A DNA stretch of 64,000 nucleotides from NCBI GenBank assembly GCA_973895155.1, contig OZ316891.1, forward strand, positions 3,175,801 through 3,239,800, written 5' to 3'. The notes beneath the pieces were generated by a model. It was not told where the DNA came from, did no database searches, and worked only from the letters and a program-made list of their open reading frames with translations. This document shows positions 1 to 18,304 of this stretch, piece after piece. Numbering within the stretch: position 1 is the first letter of the stretch; each line of letters begins with the position of its first letter. The position numbers were made by a program, and so were the translations under genes. Source of the DNA: Marsupella aquatica (taxonomy: Eukaryota > Plantae > Marchantiophyta).

Positions 1-91
1 AGTAGAAGTTCTTGCTTTACTTGATGTTTATAGGTAAGTGCCCCATCCATTCGCAATTATGAGTCAACGTAGGTCTTCTACTTCGTTGCAG

Positions 92-1632
92 GTTACCCCC
101 TGCACAAGAAGGAAGCTTACAGAAGTGAAGCATCACCACGAAAACACGCCAGAAAGATTAAAAATATGTCCAAAAGGGGTCAGCTAGGGGAAAATCTGCA
201 ACAAGTAAAAGGCTTCAGCCCAGAGAGCTTTGATAGAGTATTGTTGGATGCTCCATGTTCAGCTATGGGACTACGTCCACGCCTATTTGCTGGAGAGGTA
301 TTTGTCTATTGTGAGACCAAAACAACCCTATATGATTTTTCAAACTCTTCAATTTTGCATTTTCGGACTAGCAATCCAATTCGAAAGATCTGCTTTTTTG
401 AGAGGCTGCTGCTTTTGCTGATTTGTGGAGAAGGCAACAATTACAGACTGGGTACATCTTTTTAAGATTTGACATGAAAAAGTTTCACTGAATTTTGGTC
501 AGAGCCAAATGTTCAACAATATCAGTATCAACCGCAGTATAGCTCTAAGAAACCCTCATGTTGCAGGAAACAATGGAGGGCTTGAGAAGTCATGCTTGCT
601 ATCAGCGGAAAATGATTGACCAAGCAGTACAGCTGGTTCGCCCTGGAGGGATCTTAGTGTACTCCACGTAAGTTTGCTTTTGCCCATGCCTCAGTTTGTG
701 TTTGGGAAATATAAGGCTCTTGAGATATCGAGGGTTCAAAATTGGTGGGGAATTGAAAATTAAACAAATTAAAGCGTCTAAAGAATTTTTCTTGGATGTT
801 AGAACTGAGTAACTCAACTAGCTTACAGTTTATCATATCTTCTTCAGGTGCACCCTGAACCCAGGGGAAAATGAGGCTGTAGTTCGGTACACACTTGACA
901 CCTATGAGTTCCTTTCTCTGCTACCTCAGGTAAGCCTTTGCAAGATACATGTCTGTCAGAGGTAGAAATGCGTACGAATCATTGAACATCGCAACAAATT
1001 TCGTGGTGTTCTTCTGACGCAGTTCGTCATTCATTCCCACCAATTGTTACTCAATGATTTTGGTTCATCTCTCTTATCGCCGTCGTGCCACTGATTACTG
1101 AAGCTATGTTCCCTGAAAATGTTCAGGAACCCAAGATTGGAGGACCTGGGCTGGTTGGTGGACTCGATGTCTTTGATGGCATGTCGTACAAGTAAGGTTT
1201 TACCTTATCTATGTCCCAGCTTATCTTACCCCGTTACTCATCTGGTTCTATCCAGACTTTAATCTATAAATATATGAGATAATATGTGCACAGCAAATTC
1301 AGATTGAAAAGATTATCATTCAAACATCCTTGAGTAGTCTTTCATCATTATTATGATGATTATGATTATTATTGTTCATCCTGATTATTAATCTGGTGAC
1401 AATTGAATCCTTTGGAATTTGTATCTTTTCCGATGACTACTGATGCTTGATGATGCCTATTGGCAAAATTGCCCACAGGGAGTGGTTGAGGGAAGAAGAA
1501 AAGAATCTAGTTCAACGGTTCAGTCCAGCTGCTGACTATGATACCATAGGATTCTTTATAGCCAAGTTTGCAGTTGCCTCTAAGAAAGGCCAGTTTGAGG
1601 TGCCAAGTACTGCCTCAACAATGGAAAATTGA
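92..1632 (+). CDS. NOL1/NOP2/Sun family RNA cytosine-C5 methyltransferase (NSUN6-like), 3' part only; exons 92-297, 567-667, 848-929, 1127-1191, 1479-1632
   Basis: The spliced frame gives FDRVLLDAPCSAMG (motif IV PC), LVRPGGILVYSTCTLNPGENE (motif VI TC) and DTIGFFIAKF. All introns are GT-AG with consistent phases. 5' exons lie before the window. Confidence 0.9.
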
Positions 1633-4600
1633 ACATGTAGTGGACATTGGTCATCCCACTTCTCGACATCGCCCTTCATCACAGAAGTCTCTTGCCAAGA
1701 CAGGATGAGAGAAATGTTGTCCAGAATTTTAATTCATTGCCATCCAGGTGTTTTGAGCCTCCGAAGTCAAACGATTGACGAGATGAAACCTTTTGTGGAC
1801 AACGAAGGGAAAACCTGTCATTTGCTGGAGCTAAATGTTGACGAATGCTTCACATTCAGTGTACGATCTCTCCGCTAACATGAGCCGGGGGATTGAGAAG
1901 AAAAAGTTATTGTCTGAAAAATTGCAAGTATCTTTCGCTCTCCTGAACAGTCAGCAGTCAAGAGGAGCCATGGACATCAAGCAGGAGATCTTTTCAACAA
2001 TTCTAATCAGCACAATGACTGGTAGGTTTTTTCCTTCCCATCCCCCAGAGTGCTATTTGATTGCTAGGTGTAAAAAACTCCCACTTACTTTAAAGTACTC
2101 TGTGGTGCACTGTTTTGGATGTGACAGGTCCAACATCAAAGCTGTTCCATAATTGTCAGAACCAGTCTATGAAGTGGCGTCAGCAATAACATCAGGCAAG
2201 CAAATATCCGTGCTGATACAGTTGTTAAGAGGCAAAATAGAACGGATCAGCTGCCAAAGCTAAGAATCCCACCATTGAAGTCGTTGAACATGGGAATACT
2301 CATGGAGATGGGACAAAGCAGAACTTATAAAAACAACTTGGATGAAGATTGGTGGAACTGGCGCTGATGCCATATTGATGCCATTTAATGAGTTCCTGTT
2401 CTGGTTTGAAATGAGTATGAAGTGTTAGACACACTAAAACAGCTATAGCAAACTTGGGATCATTTTTGGTTGAATCTCCTACTCTGTTCCCGGCCCACCT
2501 TGCTCAACCCACTTTTGGTTGGCTACCCACTCCCCCATCTGCCCTGGTTGAGGGTGAGTAAGGGTGTGTGAAGAGGAGGACAATGACTAACCGTTCAATG
2601 ATGAACATTGACAAGATGTTAGCTGTGGGATCAATCCAAGCTAACCGAGTTACTTTGTTTCACCAATGGTCAAAAACAGTGGCAATGCAATAATATATTT
2701 AACTAAAAAAAATCCCAAGTATGTATTTTCATTAAAAAAATGTGGTAAACTAATGAATCCCATACTTCTCTAACCCAAACCCAGTTTTCAGATCTCATTC
2801 CTTACTTTTAAAAACCTAGTATCATGGCTCCCAAGCTTCACTTCTGATAAATCAAATATGACAAATGATAGCATCTGTTGAGCCTTAGATTCATATAATT
2901 CTTTTTGTTATCTGTGGACAACCCCTAACATCAGCTCAAAGATGTGTACTTTTAGAGCATTTCAAGCATTGGGCCATGTTCTCATTTCCACCTTGAGTTC
3001 CCTATCCACTCGTCAAGAGCTTTTCAAGATACTTTATATCGTGATTCCCTGTTCTACTTTTCTTTTCGTTCTATCATTTCCCAAGTCTTGGGTGTGGTTG
3101 TATTCCATTGGGATGGGATGGTCTTCCCCGGATTACTTTCACCTTTGAAGTGGATGATTCCACAGTGAACTTCTTCTATTTTAAAATAAAGCAAGGGAGA
3201 ATTGTCAAATTCCCAAATCTATCAGAGTGCCTTCAAATTTAGTAAATTACAATAATATCCGTACTATTCCTCTGTTGTTATGCAACTGTTCCTTTGGGCC
3301 ACCACCCTGACGATGGCCATTTGAGAGTAAAGGTGCGTCTCAGTTCAATATATTATTTTTTCTGAGTTGACAGAGAGCGATGGCACAATGATCTTCATGC
3401 GGAACAAGCCATACGTCTTCCCTGAGCCGAACATCTAGAGGGGTACCTTAGTCAATTTTTTAAAAGACTCAATATTCCAGAAGGATGTGAAGTCAAGCCT
3501 ATGAGCCACAATTGGCCCATCGGCCAACAATTTGATGGGGCACTTTAGTTACGTTTCAAATTTAAGGGCATTTAGACAGTGTTGATAATTATGAGGGGGT
3601 AATTTGATAACCTTCCCAGCAAGAAATATCTTAGCAGGAGAGATCAGCATATCTTGCAGGGGTGTTTGATCATTTCCCCCAAAAGAAATGGGCCAAAATA
3701 GCAAAGTGAACCAGCGTATCACACGACATGACATGTGGGGGGAATTTGATCACACAGACGGACACGATCAAGCATGAACATAATATTCCAGAAGGATATG
3801 CTGTCAAGGGCATAGGCCACGATTGGCCCTCTGGGCTATTACCATTCATGGCCAGGATGGGCCCGCATGTTATGTCCTTTGGGTAGTATGGGATGCTACT
3901 GCCATTCCGGGCCCATGCATACATCATTCTGAAACGCTACCATCCTCATGCATGTAAATCATGCGTCATCATACCTCAATCTGAGAATGGCCATTTGAAG
4001 TATAATTCAATTTATCTAAGTAAAACAACTAACACAGAAAGTGTTAATTTTATTAGGAAGGTTCCCCCCTTGTTTGAGAAATTGTTTTTAAAACTGTTTT
4101 AAAGATTTTTGGGGAAGGAAGGCTGGTTTTTTTTTTACTTTTTAATGACCCCAATGAGAAGTCCCTTGCAAATTCCCTGGCTCCAGGCAACACCACATCA
4201 GCATAGACGTAGACAAACATGATTAGACGTATTTGTGAGAAAAACTAACTGCCCCCAGTCGTGTTTGAGTTGATTTTTCCATAACATTTAGTGCGCCATG
4301 CCGTCAAAGCTAAGAGTAAAAGCAGTAATAAAAGTAACAAAAATACAAAAGATAAGATGTTTCATGTCTTAAACATAACCAATTTTTTTAACATTTGCAT
4401 TTTTGTCATATTAAAAATAATCATTTATAAATTGTGTTTTCATTCTTTATTGTTTCACTAAATGGATATATCAGTGTTTGAGAAAGGGAAGTTAAGTACA
4501 ACCCTCAATTCAGTGGTGGAAGAAGTTAGGTACATGCTGAAACTAAGATGTTATGTAGGACCTGTTGCTGAAACAAACAAAAAATGATGTTCTTATGGTT

Positions 4601-5611
4601 GAACTCTAGGTCAGAATCCCAGAAGATGATTACCACCCCTTGCTTGCTGACTATAATAGTGGTATTACAGCTTGCTGCTTTATGGACAGGCATCAATGGC
4701 AATATGATGATGGAATTGTGATCTCGAGATTGGAATGACAGTCGTCTTAAGTGGACATCACTTGAAATAATGTGAAGAAACTGGAAAATGTGAAGAAACT
4801 AAGAATGCCAGAAGCCCTGCTATTGAAGTGATGTCAAGCTGCAACTGGAAGGTGACAAAGAAGATATATCCTGGAAGTTAGAATTGAGGTGACCATCACT
4901 CTTACACGAATCGTATACACAACATAGTTTCTATCATACCCAAAGTCATCGAACATGTCCTGGCTCTAGGTCTTGATTTCTGCTATCTGTCTAGTGAAGT
5001 TGATGGCTCTCATTATGATGAAGGAAGCTACGACAGTTCCACAAACAGACTTTTCTTTTATGGAATAAAGAAGATCAGTTCATCCCTACAATGGCCATCC
5101 TTGCTAGTTTCAGTTTAGCAGACCTGATTGGCCAAAACCTTTCCTTGCAAAAGACTGAAAGGAAAGTCAAGAACCACATATAGCCTACAAACTTGACAGA
5201 ACAGAGTGCTTCGTCAAAGTACACGGACTTCAACCTCACAGACTGTGAATCAGTTTGGCTAAGTCATTGGAATAAGCACGTACTGTGTCAAGGACCCGGA
5301 ACTTGAGTTTTTTGCTTGGAAAAACTTGTTCAGGAAACTTGCCCGCCGTTTATTTATGTTTCATTTTCACTTTAGAAACAGAGTTAGGCTGAATGAAAGG
5401 GTTTGTTTTGCCCATCCCCCTGTACTTTGTCAGCCAGAATTTGCACTGAATTATTTCCTAGGAAAGATCCTTCATTCTGGAGAATGCCCCTAGAAAAGGT
5501 TTTAATAGGATGCTTCACATTTACCTGCACTATTTTTTGACCTCTATTAACTCAAATTTCTTCAGCATGTTGTAGTGTCCAATCTATTGACTAACAAAAT
5601 CTGAGATTTTT

Positions 5612-5836
5612 TTGCTAGGCTACGCAATTACAGGTCACAAGAGCCAAGGATGCACAATATCCAGCAAGGTCCTCTTAGACATAGATAAAGCATTTGCACA
5701 CATGCTCATCTATGTCATGCTGAGTAGGGTCACCAACAGGTCATTGATGCGCATTGTCAGGGACCTCTTACTGCCCGACTTCAGGGTTTTTTGCTCACCC
5801 GTCCATGTTGGAGTAGATGTCGACCAGCAAACATAG
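5612..5836 (+). pseudogene. Pif1-like (Helitron RepHel) helicase C-terminal fragment
   Basis: YAITGHKSQGCTI and IYVMLSRVT correspond to SF1B helicase motifs V and VI (consensus YAxTIHKSQGxTL...LYVALSRV). No upstream helicase frame is visible. Confidence 0.8.
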
Positions 5837-6167
5837 CAAGGTCGGGTAAACCTCCCAGGCACATGCACGGGAGCCGGCGCAGATGGAGGCAACTGCACCG
5901 CCTGCCACGACCGACATCACGATGGTAACACCAATCCACTCAATCTCCGACTCTCTTGATAGCTATTTAATTCAGGATAGAAAACATGACTAAACAAATA
6001 AATAAAAACTACACGTACAATAACATGTTTGTCTATAATTAATATGCTCCGTCGATACAACATCACACTAAAACTAATGTTTTCTTAACACAAAACAAAA
6101 GTGTGCTACTACAACAACATTCGGGACAACATTACACTAACATTTTGTTGTTTTCTCACTACAGCCC

Positions 6168-6806
6168 ATGACGGTAGTTGAGTTGGCTCGCTTGATCATG
6201 CGTGAGGTCCCTACAAGAGATTAAAGGCTTGAGCTTAACAGCCCCATGGCCAAACAGATCAAGTACGCGGACGATATGGGAATTGAGACCTTGGAATGGG
6301 ACTCCGGTATCAGCAGAGGAGACATGTCAAAGTTGATAGACAACCGCAAGAAATTCTTCAACGATTTCAAAGCACTATACAATGACAGGCTGGCAACAGG
6401 TAATTTTTTTTAAAACCAACCTAATCCATTGCAACACGTTCACCAATGACAACCTATTAACTCGACAACCAATTGGAATGCAGGCATGCAGAAAGAGGTG
6501 CTCAGATACATGACGGTCCCTTTTGACGAGGACCAGCTAACAAAAAAGGATGTGACGCAAGAATAGGTACAGAACACAAAGGGAGCGCACCTGACCCAGG
6601 TGACAAGGCTGAGGCACATGTTCAACATGTCAATCGACATGCCAATCGACATGCTCGTCACCTTGACCAGACAGCACGCGCAGACACTGATTGACCGTCT
6701 GCAGAGGAGCAACGAGGAAGGTCTCATCACCAACGTCCCCACTCCGAACAGGGACGAGACTGCAACAGTGGGCGCTTCTTCAAAGCACAAGTACAATGCC
6801 ACCTAG
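6168..6806 (+). pseudogene. Spliced accessory gene of unknown function with two nonsense codons; exons 6168-6399 and 6484-6806
   Basis: GT-AG intron 6400-6483 joins in phase (ACA G|GC ATG). One continuous frame with one internal TAA and one internal TAG. An AG acceptor at 6163-6164 suggests further upstream exons. Confidence 0.6.
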
Positions 6807-6989
6807 CTAGAGGGGACTCAGGCACTGTTAGGTAGATCAGGATTCGAGCTTCATGTATCAAAAAACTATTTTGCATAAATTTTTAAAAATCATTTATTTG
6901 TCCAAGAAAAAACAAATTTACACACATTCCTTGGATCAACAAGGGGTCCACAGACTAATTTTGCTTTGAGAGTTGCATAATAGGAAAGC

Positions 6990-7360
6990 AAATTGCCAAT
7001 TAGTTTTCTCACCTCCCCAACCACCCTGACCTACTTAGAATTGGAGGATTAAACAAAAATATATATATGGAATAATAGTTCATGCAAGGGAGGCTGGAGA
7101 TTAATGTATTATTATTTTCTTCTCAAATTTGCTTAGTAAGGGAAGAAAGCACTTATTAATTTATCACCTCTCCAACCACCATGAATTAAATGAATTTGGA
7201 GGGTAATGGGGAATAAAATTTTAAGGATTATTGGTTCAGGGATGGGTAGGGAGGCTGGGTTCTTTATTTTTCATTTTTTTCCTTTGAAAAGCTGTCTTGT
7301 AAGAAAAGAAAGCGCTTGTTAGTTTAGCATCTCCACCATGAATTACTTTGAGTTCAAGGA
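6990..7360. repeat. Degenerate tandem repeat, about 150-170 bp unit, 2.5-3 copies
   Basis: Recurring TCACCTC(C/T)CCAACCACC(C/A)TGA, GGGAGGCTGG and AAGAAAGC(A/G)CTT blocks. Confidence 0.55.
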
Positions 7361-8019
7361 TTCAGTAGATGTGGTCTTTTGAGATTGATTTCTGTCAATC
7401 TAGGTTATGGTTCTTGGTCAATCATGCCAATTTGAAAATTTGTGAGTACCATTAAGTCTTTAATTCAAATAGTATTATTCATAGTTCATTAGTAATACTA
7501 AGAGTCTCCTGCCATGATTAAACAAAAATGACCATTGTTAATACTAACTAGTGTGGTCGCCCAAGCTCACCTGTTCCATCACCCCATAACTTGTTGTACT
7601 TGGGACTCAAAGTCTATAGGCTTCACTGTAGATCATAGAATCCAAAGTGCAACTTTCCATTGCAAATTATTGGTTAGATTATGAATAAGTCATTTCAAGT
7701 TTGTACATAGATGGGAAAATATATTATGCACCACTTATGTGATTCTTTGTCTATGCTTTTGTGATTCTTTGATTGAGATGTTGAGTAGAACTACTATTAC
7801 TCATAAGATAGCACAAGTACAACATCCACAGAATGCACAAGTAGTGGACATTTTTTTTGTACTTGTAACACTGTCTTATTAGTTTAAATAAATTATTTCA
7901 AAGCCATTTATAGAGCACTTTGTGCCATTATAACAGCCACCAAAATGCCATTAAATGTGCCCTTCAAGTGTTACAAAAAGCTCTTTGCAATTGCTAGCTC
8001 CTCGACTTTGTATTTGTCA

Positions 8020-9010
8020 CACCCACTCCAAAATAGCTCTTAAGTTCCACTCATGACTTTCTTCCCTAAGTTTATGGTTGTTATTGATTGAGTGTCATAA
8101 ATAAGGCACATTGCATTAAGTGCACACATGGTAGGGCCTTTGTGTCATAGTTGTCATAGCACGTGACTGTACTTTTTATTGGTCATTGACCATACTTTTC
8201 TTTGCATGTCCATTCTAGTTCGTCTCTCTTATTTGATCCATTTACATATCACTACAAGACAAAATATCAAGCATGTTTGAGGATGAGCATGCTATATATG
8301 GCAAAATCCACCTGACCTGCTCATGAATGCTATTTTCATAGCTAGTTTCATATTAGCAAACTTGATGTTGCTATATGTTGAATGCAACTTTCAGTATTTT
8401 GTCTTATTCAAACTGCTTCTGTTATGTATTTTTATTCAATGTGTCTCACCAAGGTGCATCCCTTGTATAATTTAGATTTTGAATTTATTCTGGCACCCCT
8501 CTAATTTTTTTTAATCTTGTTGTATTTAATTTCATCCACCCTTTAACAAAGCTCATGGAATTTCTACCCCTTACTCTCATGAGTAAAGAAGAAACTATTT
8601 AAATAAAGTGCACTCCTTGTGTCTTTAAGTTCTACTCATGGTTTTGTGTCCTAAATTTATGGTTTTAATTAATCTAAGTGTCACTACCTAAGGTAAGTAC
8701 ATAAGTATGTCTACTCATGTAAATTGTGTGGACAGCCCAATACCGTAGTCTTGAACTTTTCATTTTCATTATTACTTTTCTTTACATGTGTACTTTGACT
8801 CTTGTACCTTATGTGCACAACTTTCAATATCATAGACTTCAAGTCTTCCTAGTCAATGTCTATATTTGCCACAAAAAAATAGATCACCTACACATCACTA
8901 AAAAACAAAAATGATATATAGTATGTTCCAAGATGAACATGCTATATATGGCAAAATCCACCTGATGCTCGTGAATGCTATTTTCATAGGTAGTTATTTC
9001 ATATTTAGCT
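8020..9010. repeat. Degenerate direct duplication, period about 600-650 bp
   Basis: CATGCTATATATGGCAAAATCCACCTGA is identical near 8288 and 8938. TAAGTTC(C/T)ACTCATG...TTTATGGTT occurs near 8041 and 8626. Confidence 0.65.
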
Positions 9011-9089
9011 TGTTTTAGGGTAGTCCATGCTTTGTAGTTCCTGAATTTTTGAACCCCCTTTAAATTTTATGTTCCCTTTTATTCTTCTA

Positions 9090-9780
9090 CTAGCCCAATG
9101 CCCGTGCATTGCACAAAAGATTCCAAGGTGAGGGCTCGATGTTGAGCATAGGGCTAGATGTCAAGGAAAGGGAAAGACCTTGAGGTGAGGGGCAAGATGT
9201 TGAGGAGAGGCAAAGATGTCGAGGTGAGAAAACAATGTTGAGGTGAGCAAAAGATGTCAAGGAGAGGCAAGATAGGGACATGAGGGCAAGATGTCAAGGT
9301 GAGGGCAAGATGTGGAGGTGAGGCAAAGATGTTGAGGTGAGGGCAAGTTATCAAGGAGAGGCAAATTTGTCGAGCAAAGGGAAAGTTGTTGAGCAGAGGG
9401 AAAGATGTCGCGGTGAGGGCAAGATGTCAAGGCAAGGCAAAGATGTGGAGGCAAGGGCAAGATGTCAAGGTGAGGAAAAGTTGTCGAGGCAAGGCAAAGA
9501 CTTCAAAGTGAGGCAAAGACATCGAAGTGAGGCGAAGATGTTGAGAAAAGTGTAGATGTTAAGATGATACAAAGATGTTGAGGCAAGGCCAAAATGCAGA
9601 AGGCAAGTTTAGATGTAGAGATGAGGCAAAGATGTGGCTAGGGTGTGAGGCAACAATGTCAAGGTGAGGCTTGATACTGCCAACAACCATTGGGCATATC
9701 GACAAAAGTTGTCGCTGCCTTTGGGTCAATGTCGTTGAGAGGAAGTGTTTTCAAGAGAAAATGTTGTGGTTGCAAGATGC
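9090..9780 (-). mobile_element. Non-autonomous Helitron, 3' end at 9090 (5' boundary uncertain)
   Basis: The minus strand reads ...GTGCAATGCACGGGCATTGGGCTAG|T: a palindrome followed by CTAG and target T (9089). It matches the end at 34171-34197. Confidence 0.75.
9121..9670. repeat. Minisatellite, about 17-19 bp unit like GAGGTGAGGCAAAGATGTC, roughly 30 degenerate copies
   Basis: Visible repetition of AAGATGT(C/T)(A/G)AGG. It is the reverse complement of the array at 33765-34170. Confidence 0.85.
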
Positions 9781-10237
9781 TTTTTGCAGGCCGCAACAGA
9801 CTAAGAGGGCAGGCCATGAGTGCATGAGAGTCGTTACCGAGCCTCCATATATTACTCCCCTCACTGAATTATTTTTTGTAGGCAGTAGTGGACTCATAGG
9901 GCTATGGGTAGAGAGAGTGGGATAAACATTAGGGCGTCTCAAATTTTGAAGTGTGTGGAAAAAAACTTGACCCAAAACTACTAGTTTTGGATTTGGTGAG
10001 GAGTGTGTAGACATGTTTTTTTGTGTATGCCACTTTTCTTCTAGGAATTTGTTGTGAGGGGACTGGAGGAAGAAAGAAGAGATGTGAGGTTTCCTTCTAT
10101 AAGTCATGGGAGTCACAATACATGCTATCTGTTGTGCTTGCTCAATTAGTAGGTGGTTGCCGGTAGCCGGTAGGTGCAGGTTCGCTACTTACCGGATGAA
10201 AGTAAATATCTAAAATATTCTGAGACTATCTTCCTGC

Positions 10238-10300
10238 AGCCCATGGGCTAATGGTAGAGCACAAAAGTGGGGTGGCATAGGTGCCAGATTCAAATCTTGT
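10238..10300 (+). mobile_element. Possible tRNA-derived SINE head (degenerate)
   Basis: A-box-like GGGCTAATGGTAGAGC and B-box-like AGATTCAAATCT at tRNA-like spacing; no cloverleaf. Confidence 0.3.
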
Positions 10301-10319
10301 CTGCCTTGTGAGCTTTTTA

Positions 10320-10622
10320 ACACACAACCCCCCCCCCCCCCCCAAAGTGGGGTTCAGATGTCTCTAGTGACACTTGTAATCTTTTCTTGAATCCAGTACA
10401 CTTTACACACACAATCCCCCAAAAGTGGGGTTCAGTTGCCACTAGTGACAATCAAATTTATTTTTGATTCCAGCAGGAACTGGATGTAGCAGTTTCTGGT
10501 CAACATTCACTAAAATTTAAAAAAGCTACCAAACATGATTAAATGCTCAACTGGCTATAGCAATTTCTGGTTAACATTCATTTAAATCCAAAAGAGTTAC
10601 CGAACACCATTAAATGCTGAAC
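10320..10622. repeat. Two adjacent short tandem duplications (about 85 bp x2, about 70 bp x2)
   Basis: CACAA..CCCC.AAAGTGGGGTTCAG...CTAGTGACA occurs twice. ACTGG..(G/A)TAGCA.TTTCTGGT.AACATTCA...ATTAAATGCT occurs twice. Confidence 0.7.
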
Positions 10623-11810
10623 ATGTCAAAGTATAAGTGACTAAGTATTGAGAGGAGGCTTTTTCCCCCTATTTTTGTCCTCACCGCCTTGTTTCGGCAG
10701 TAGGTGTATGTGGCTCTTCAGCGGGCCCAAGATTTCACCCTCCTTCGTAGGTTGAGGTAGTTGGTTTTAGGGCCTCTTGACAGGTTCTGCTTCGTGACCC
10801 TCCTATGCAGTTTACTTCAGAGCTCTACCAGGATTTTCAGTTCTCCGCTCAATTGGGTGTTAGCCTTCATGGCTCTTTTGTAAGTTCCTTTTTTGGTCCT
10901 TGTTCCTTTGTCAGCTTTTGGTTGGGGACCCCTTGGCTTTTTTTTCTTGGGCCCTTTCTCCTCTTTTCCTTCCCTTCATTGGGTTGCTTTGCCTTTGAGA
11001 TCATGTCTCCCGGTTAGGCATTTTTGGCCCTTGGGCACTCTGAGATATATGACTAAGTGAGTGATTTGAGAATTGAGAAGCTCTATTCATGAGCCCCCAT
11101 TTTATCCTTGGCGCTCAATAAGAATCTTATTATATAATCGCAAACATAAGCTGCTTTTAAGGGCTGTGGTCTAGAGTGAAACCTTTAGACACTAACTCAA
11201 ATAAGGACAAAATGTATATATTGACTATGAACAAGACAAATCCAAAAGGTGCACAAAAAATAAGTATGCAAAGATGACATAAAAGAGTATAGATTTTTTT
11301 TTTCTTCCAATTTTTTGGGTTTTCAATTCTATTTACATTCAAGTAACTAACTGGTAGTCAAGGCTAGTATTAATTATAATGCACTGGGCTGGGGATGATT
11401 CGGGGAAAATGACTCGGGCAAAGAAAAAATACACATCTTGCCTGGGGACGAAAAAGAAGCGCGTTTGCTTTCTCCACTCAGCGGGCAGACGGGCAGCCCA
11501 CTCCCCTGCCCGCGGGCGAGGCAAAAAAACGCAGCGCTCGTCATTCCGAGTCCTCTCCTCCTCCTCCTCCCTTCCTTCCTTCGATCCTGGGAACGTTCAT
11601 CGCTCTCGTCTCATCGATCGCCCATCCTCCGAGGGAAAAAGCGCAGCTCGTGGCCAACAATTGTTCCTTCCGGCTCTCAATTGGCGTCCGTGTGTCACTC
11701 GCGTCGCTCAAAGATCGATCGACTTGATCGCCGAAGAGATCGCGCATTATTGGAGTTGTTCAGTCCTCTGAATTTGGCCCACTTACTTGCTTTACCCTCG
11801 AGCTTTTCCA

Positions 11811-11835
11811 GAGAGAGAGAGAGAGAGAGAGAGAG
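11811..11835 (+). repeat. (GA)12 microsatellite immediately upstream of the UGPase start codon
   Basis: GAGAGA...GAGAG followed by CT and ATG at 11838. Confidence 0.95.
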
Positions 11836-11837
11836 CT

Positions 11838-17344
<5,507 letters not shown>

Positions 17345-17805
17345 ATAGAGGGATTTGATTCCCGTGTCTCCGAAATAGTAGATAATCCATTTATTGAGAA
17401 ACTCAAAATGGCCAAGGGGAAGTCATTTTTGCTAATGAATAATAGGCCTATGCTGATTCTGTAACACTTCCCATTTTGTTCTGTTAAAAATTTGCTGATC
17501 CGTGATCGTGAGCCCCTTCGGCTTCCAGAGTAGTTTCCACGATGGATATTCTATTATATTCTTGCACACCACTGGACCACCACCATCCTAGACCCGACCT
17601 CCATGCTCAATTTCTTGCAGTCTCACTCAAAATTTGGGGTTCAGCTTCGCAATCTGGAACTGTGATGTCATCTTCTGGGATTCTCTATCATTCAAAGTTT
17701 GGGGTTTAGCTTTGCAATTTGGAATTGTCATCTCATCGTGACCTGTTGTCAGGTTGTACACTCTGAAGTCACGGCACCCTAAATCCTTGTACATCTCTTT
17801 AAGAA

Positions 17806-18017
17806 CTGGATAAGTGTATCTAAGTACTCTATTGGAATTGTTTCAAGACCTCATCAATAGGAGCCTTTGTGTCTTTGCAGTAACTAATGAATGCACTTAT
17901 GAGTTTATTTGTTTAGTGGTGGTCAAGATGCACTGGTGAAAATTCCATTTTTTGGTGTATTTACAATGAAAAAGCTGAATTAGTAGGGGAGTGTATGACC
18001 TGCCTGCACTTATCCAG
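17806..18017. mobile_element. Possible MITE with 13-bp imperfect inverted ends
   Basis: CTGGATAAGTGTA at 17806 and TGCACTTATCCAG ending at 18017. The same GATAAGTGC core recurs at 53620-53975. No clear TSD. Confidence 0.35.
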
Positions 18018-18304
18018 GGAACGCAGTAACAGAGTAGTTTCATCCCTTCAACCAGTTGAGTCAATAGCCCAGTATGGCTTTATTAATTGAATTAAGGGCC
18101 AAAGGGAAAAGAAAAACGGTTGGGTCATAAACCTAAAATGATGCTACCGTGGACTAAAAACCGTGCAACCCCCAATGGACAGTGATACCTCTTACACTTT
18201 CACTCATTGTCACCCAACTCGTTTGCAACAACATTTCAAGAGCAAAATTTGGTAATCAATATCTTCATGGATATTTAATTGGTTCTCCATTAATATCGAA
18301 ATTA

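Larger units (their letters stand above)
5612..6958 (+). mobile_element. Helitron remnant (3' portion): helicase C-terminus, accessory gene and 3' terminus
   Basis: Pif1-type helicase motifs at 5612-5836. Hairpin CCTTG-GATCAA-CAAGG (6929-6944) is followed 10 nt later by CTAA|T (6955-6959), matching the Helitron CTRR|T end. Confidence 0.65.

Noticed and set aside
2850-3420. Possible MULE-like transposase relic on the minus strand (CLKCSKSTHL*ADVRGC zinc-knuckle-like)
   Set aside because: Only one loose motif with a stop; no DDE or SWIM motif recognised.
9090-9555. Several short ORFs with repeated Cys/His/Leu patterns
   Set aside because: Translations of the minisatellite.
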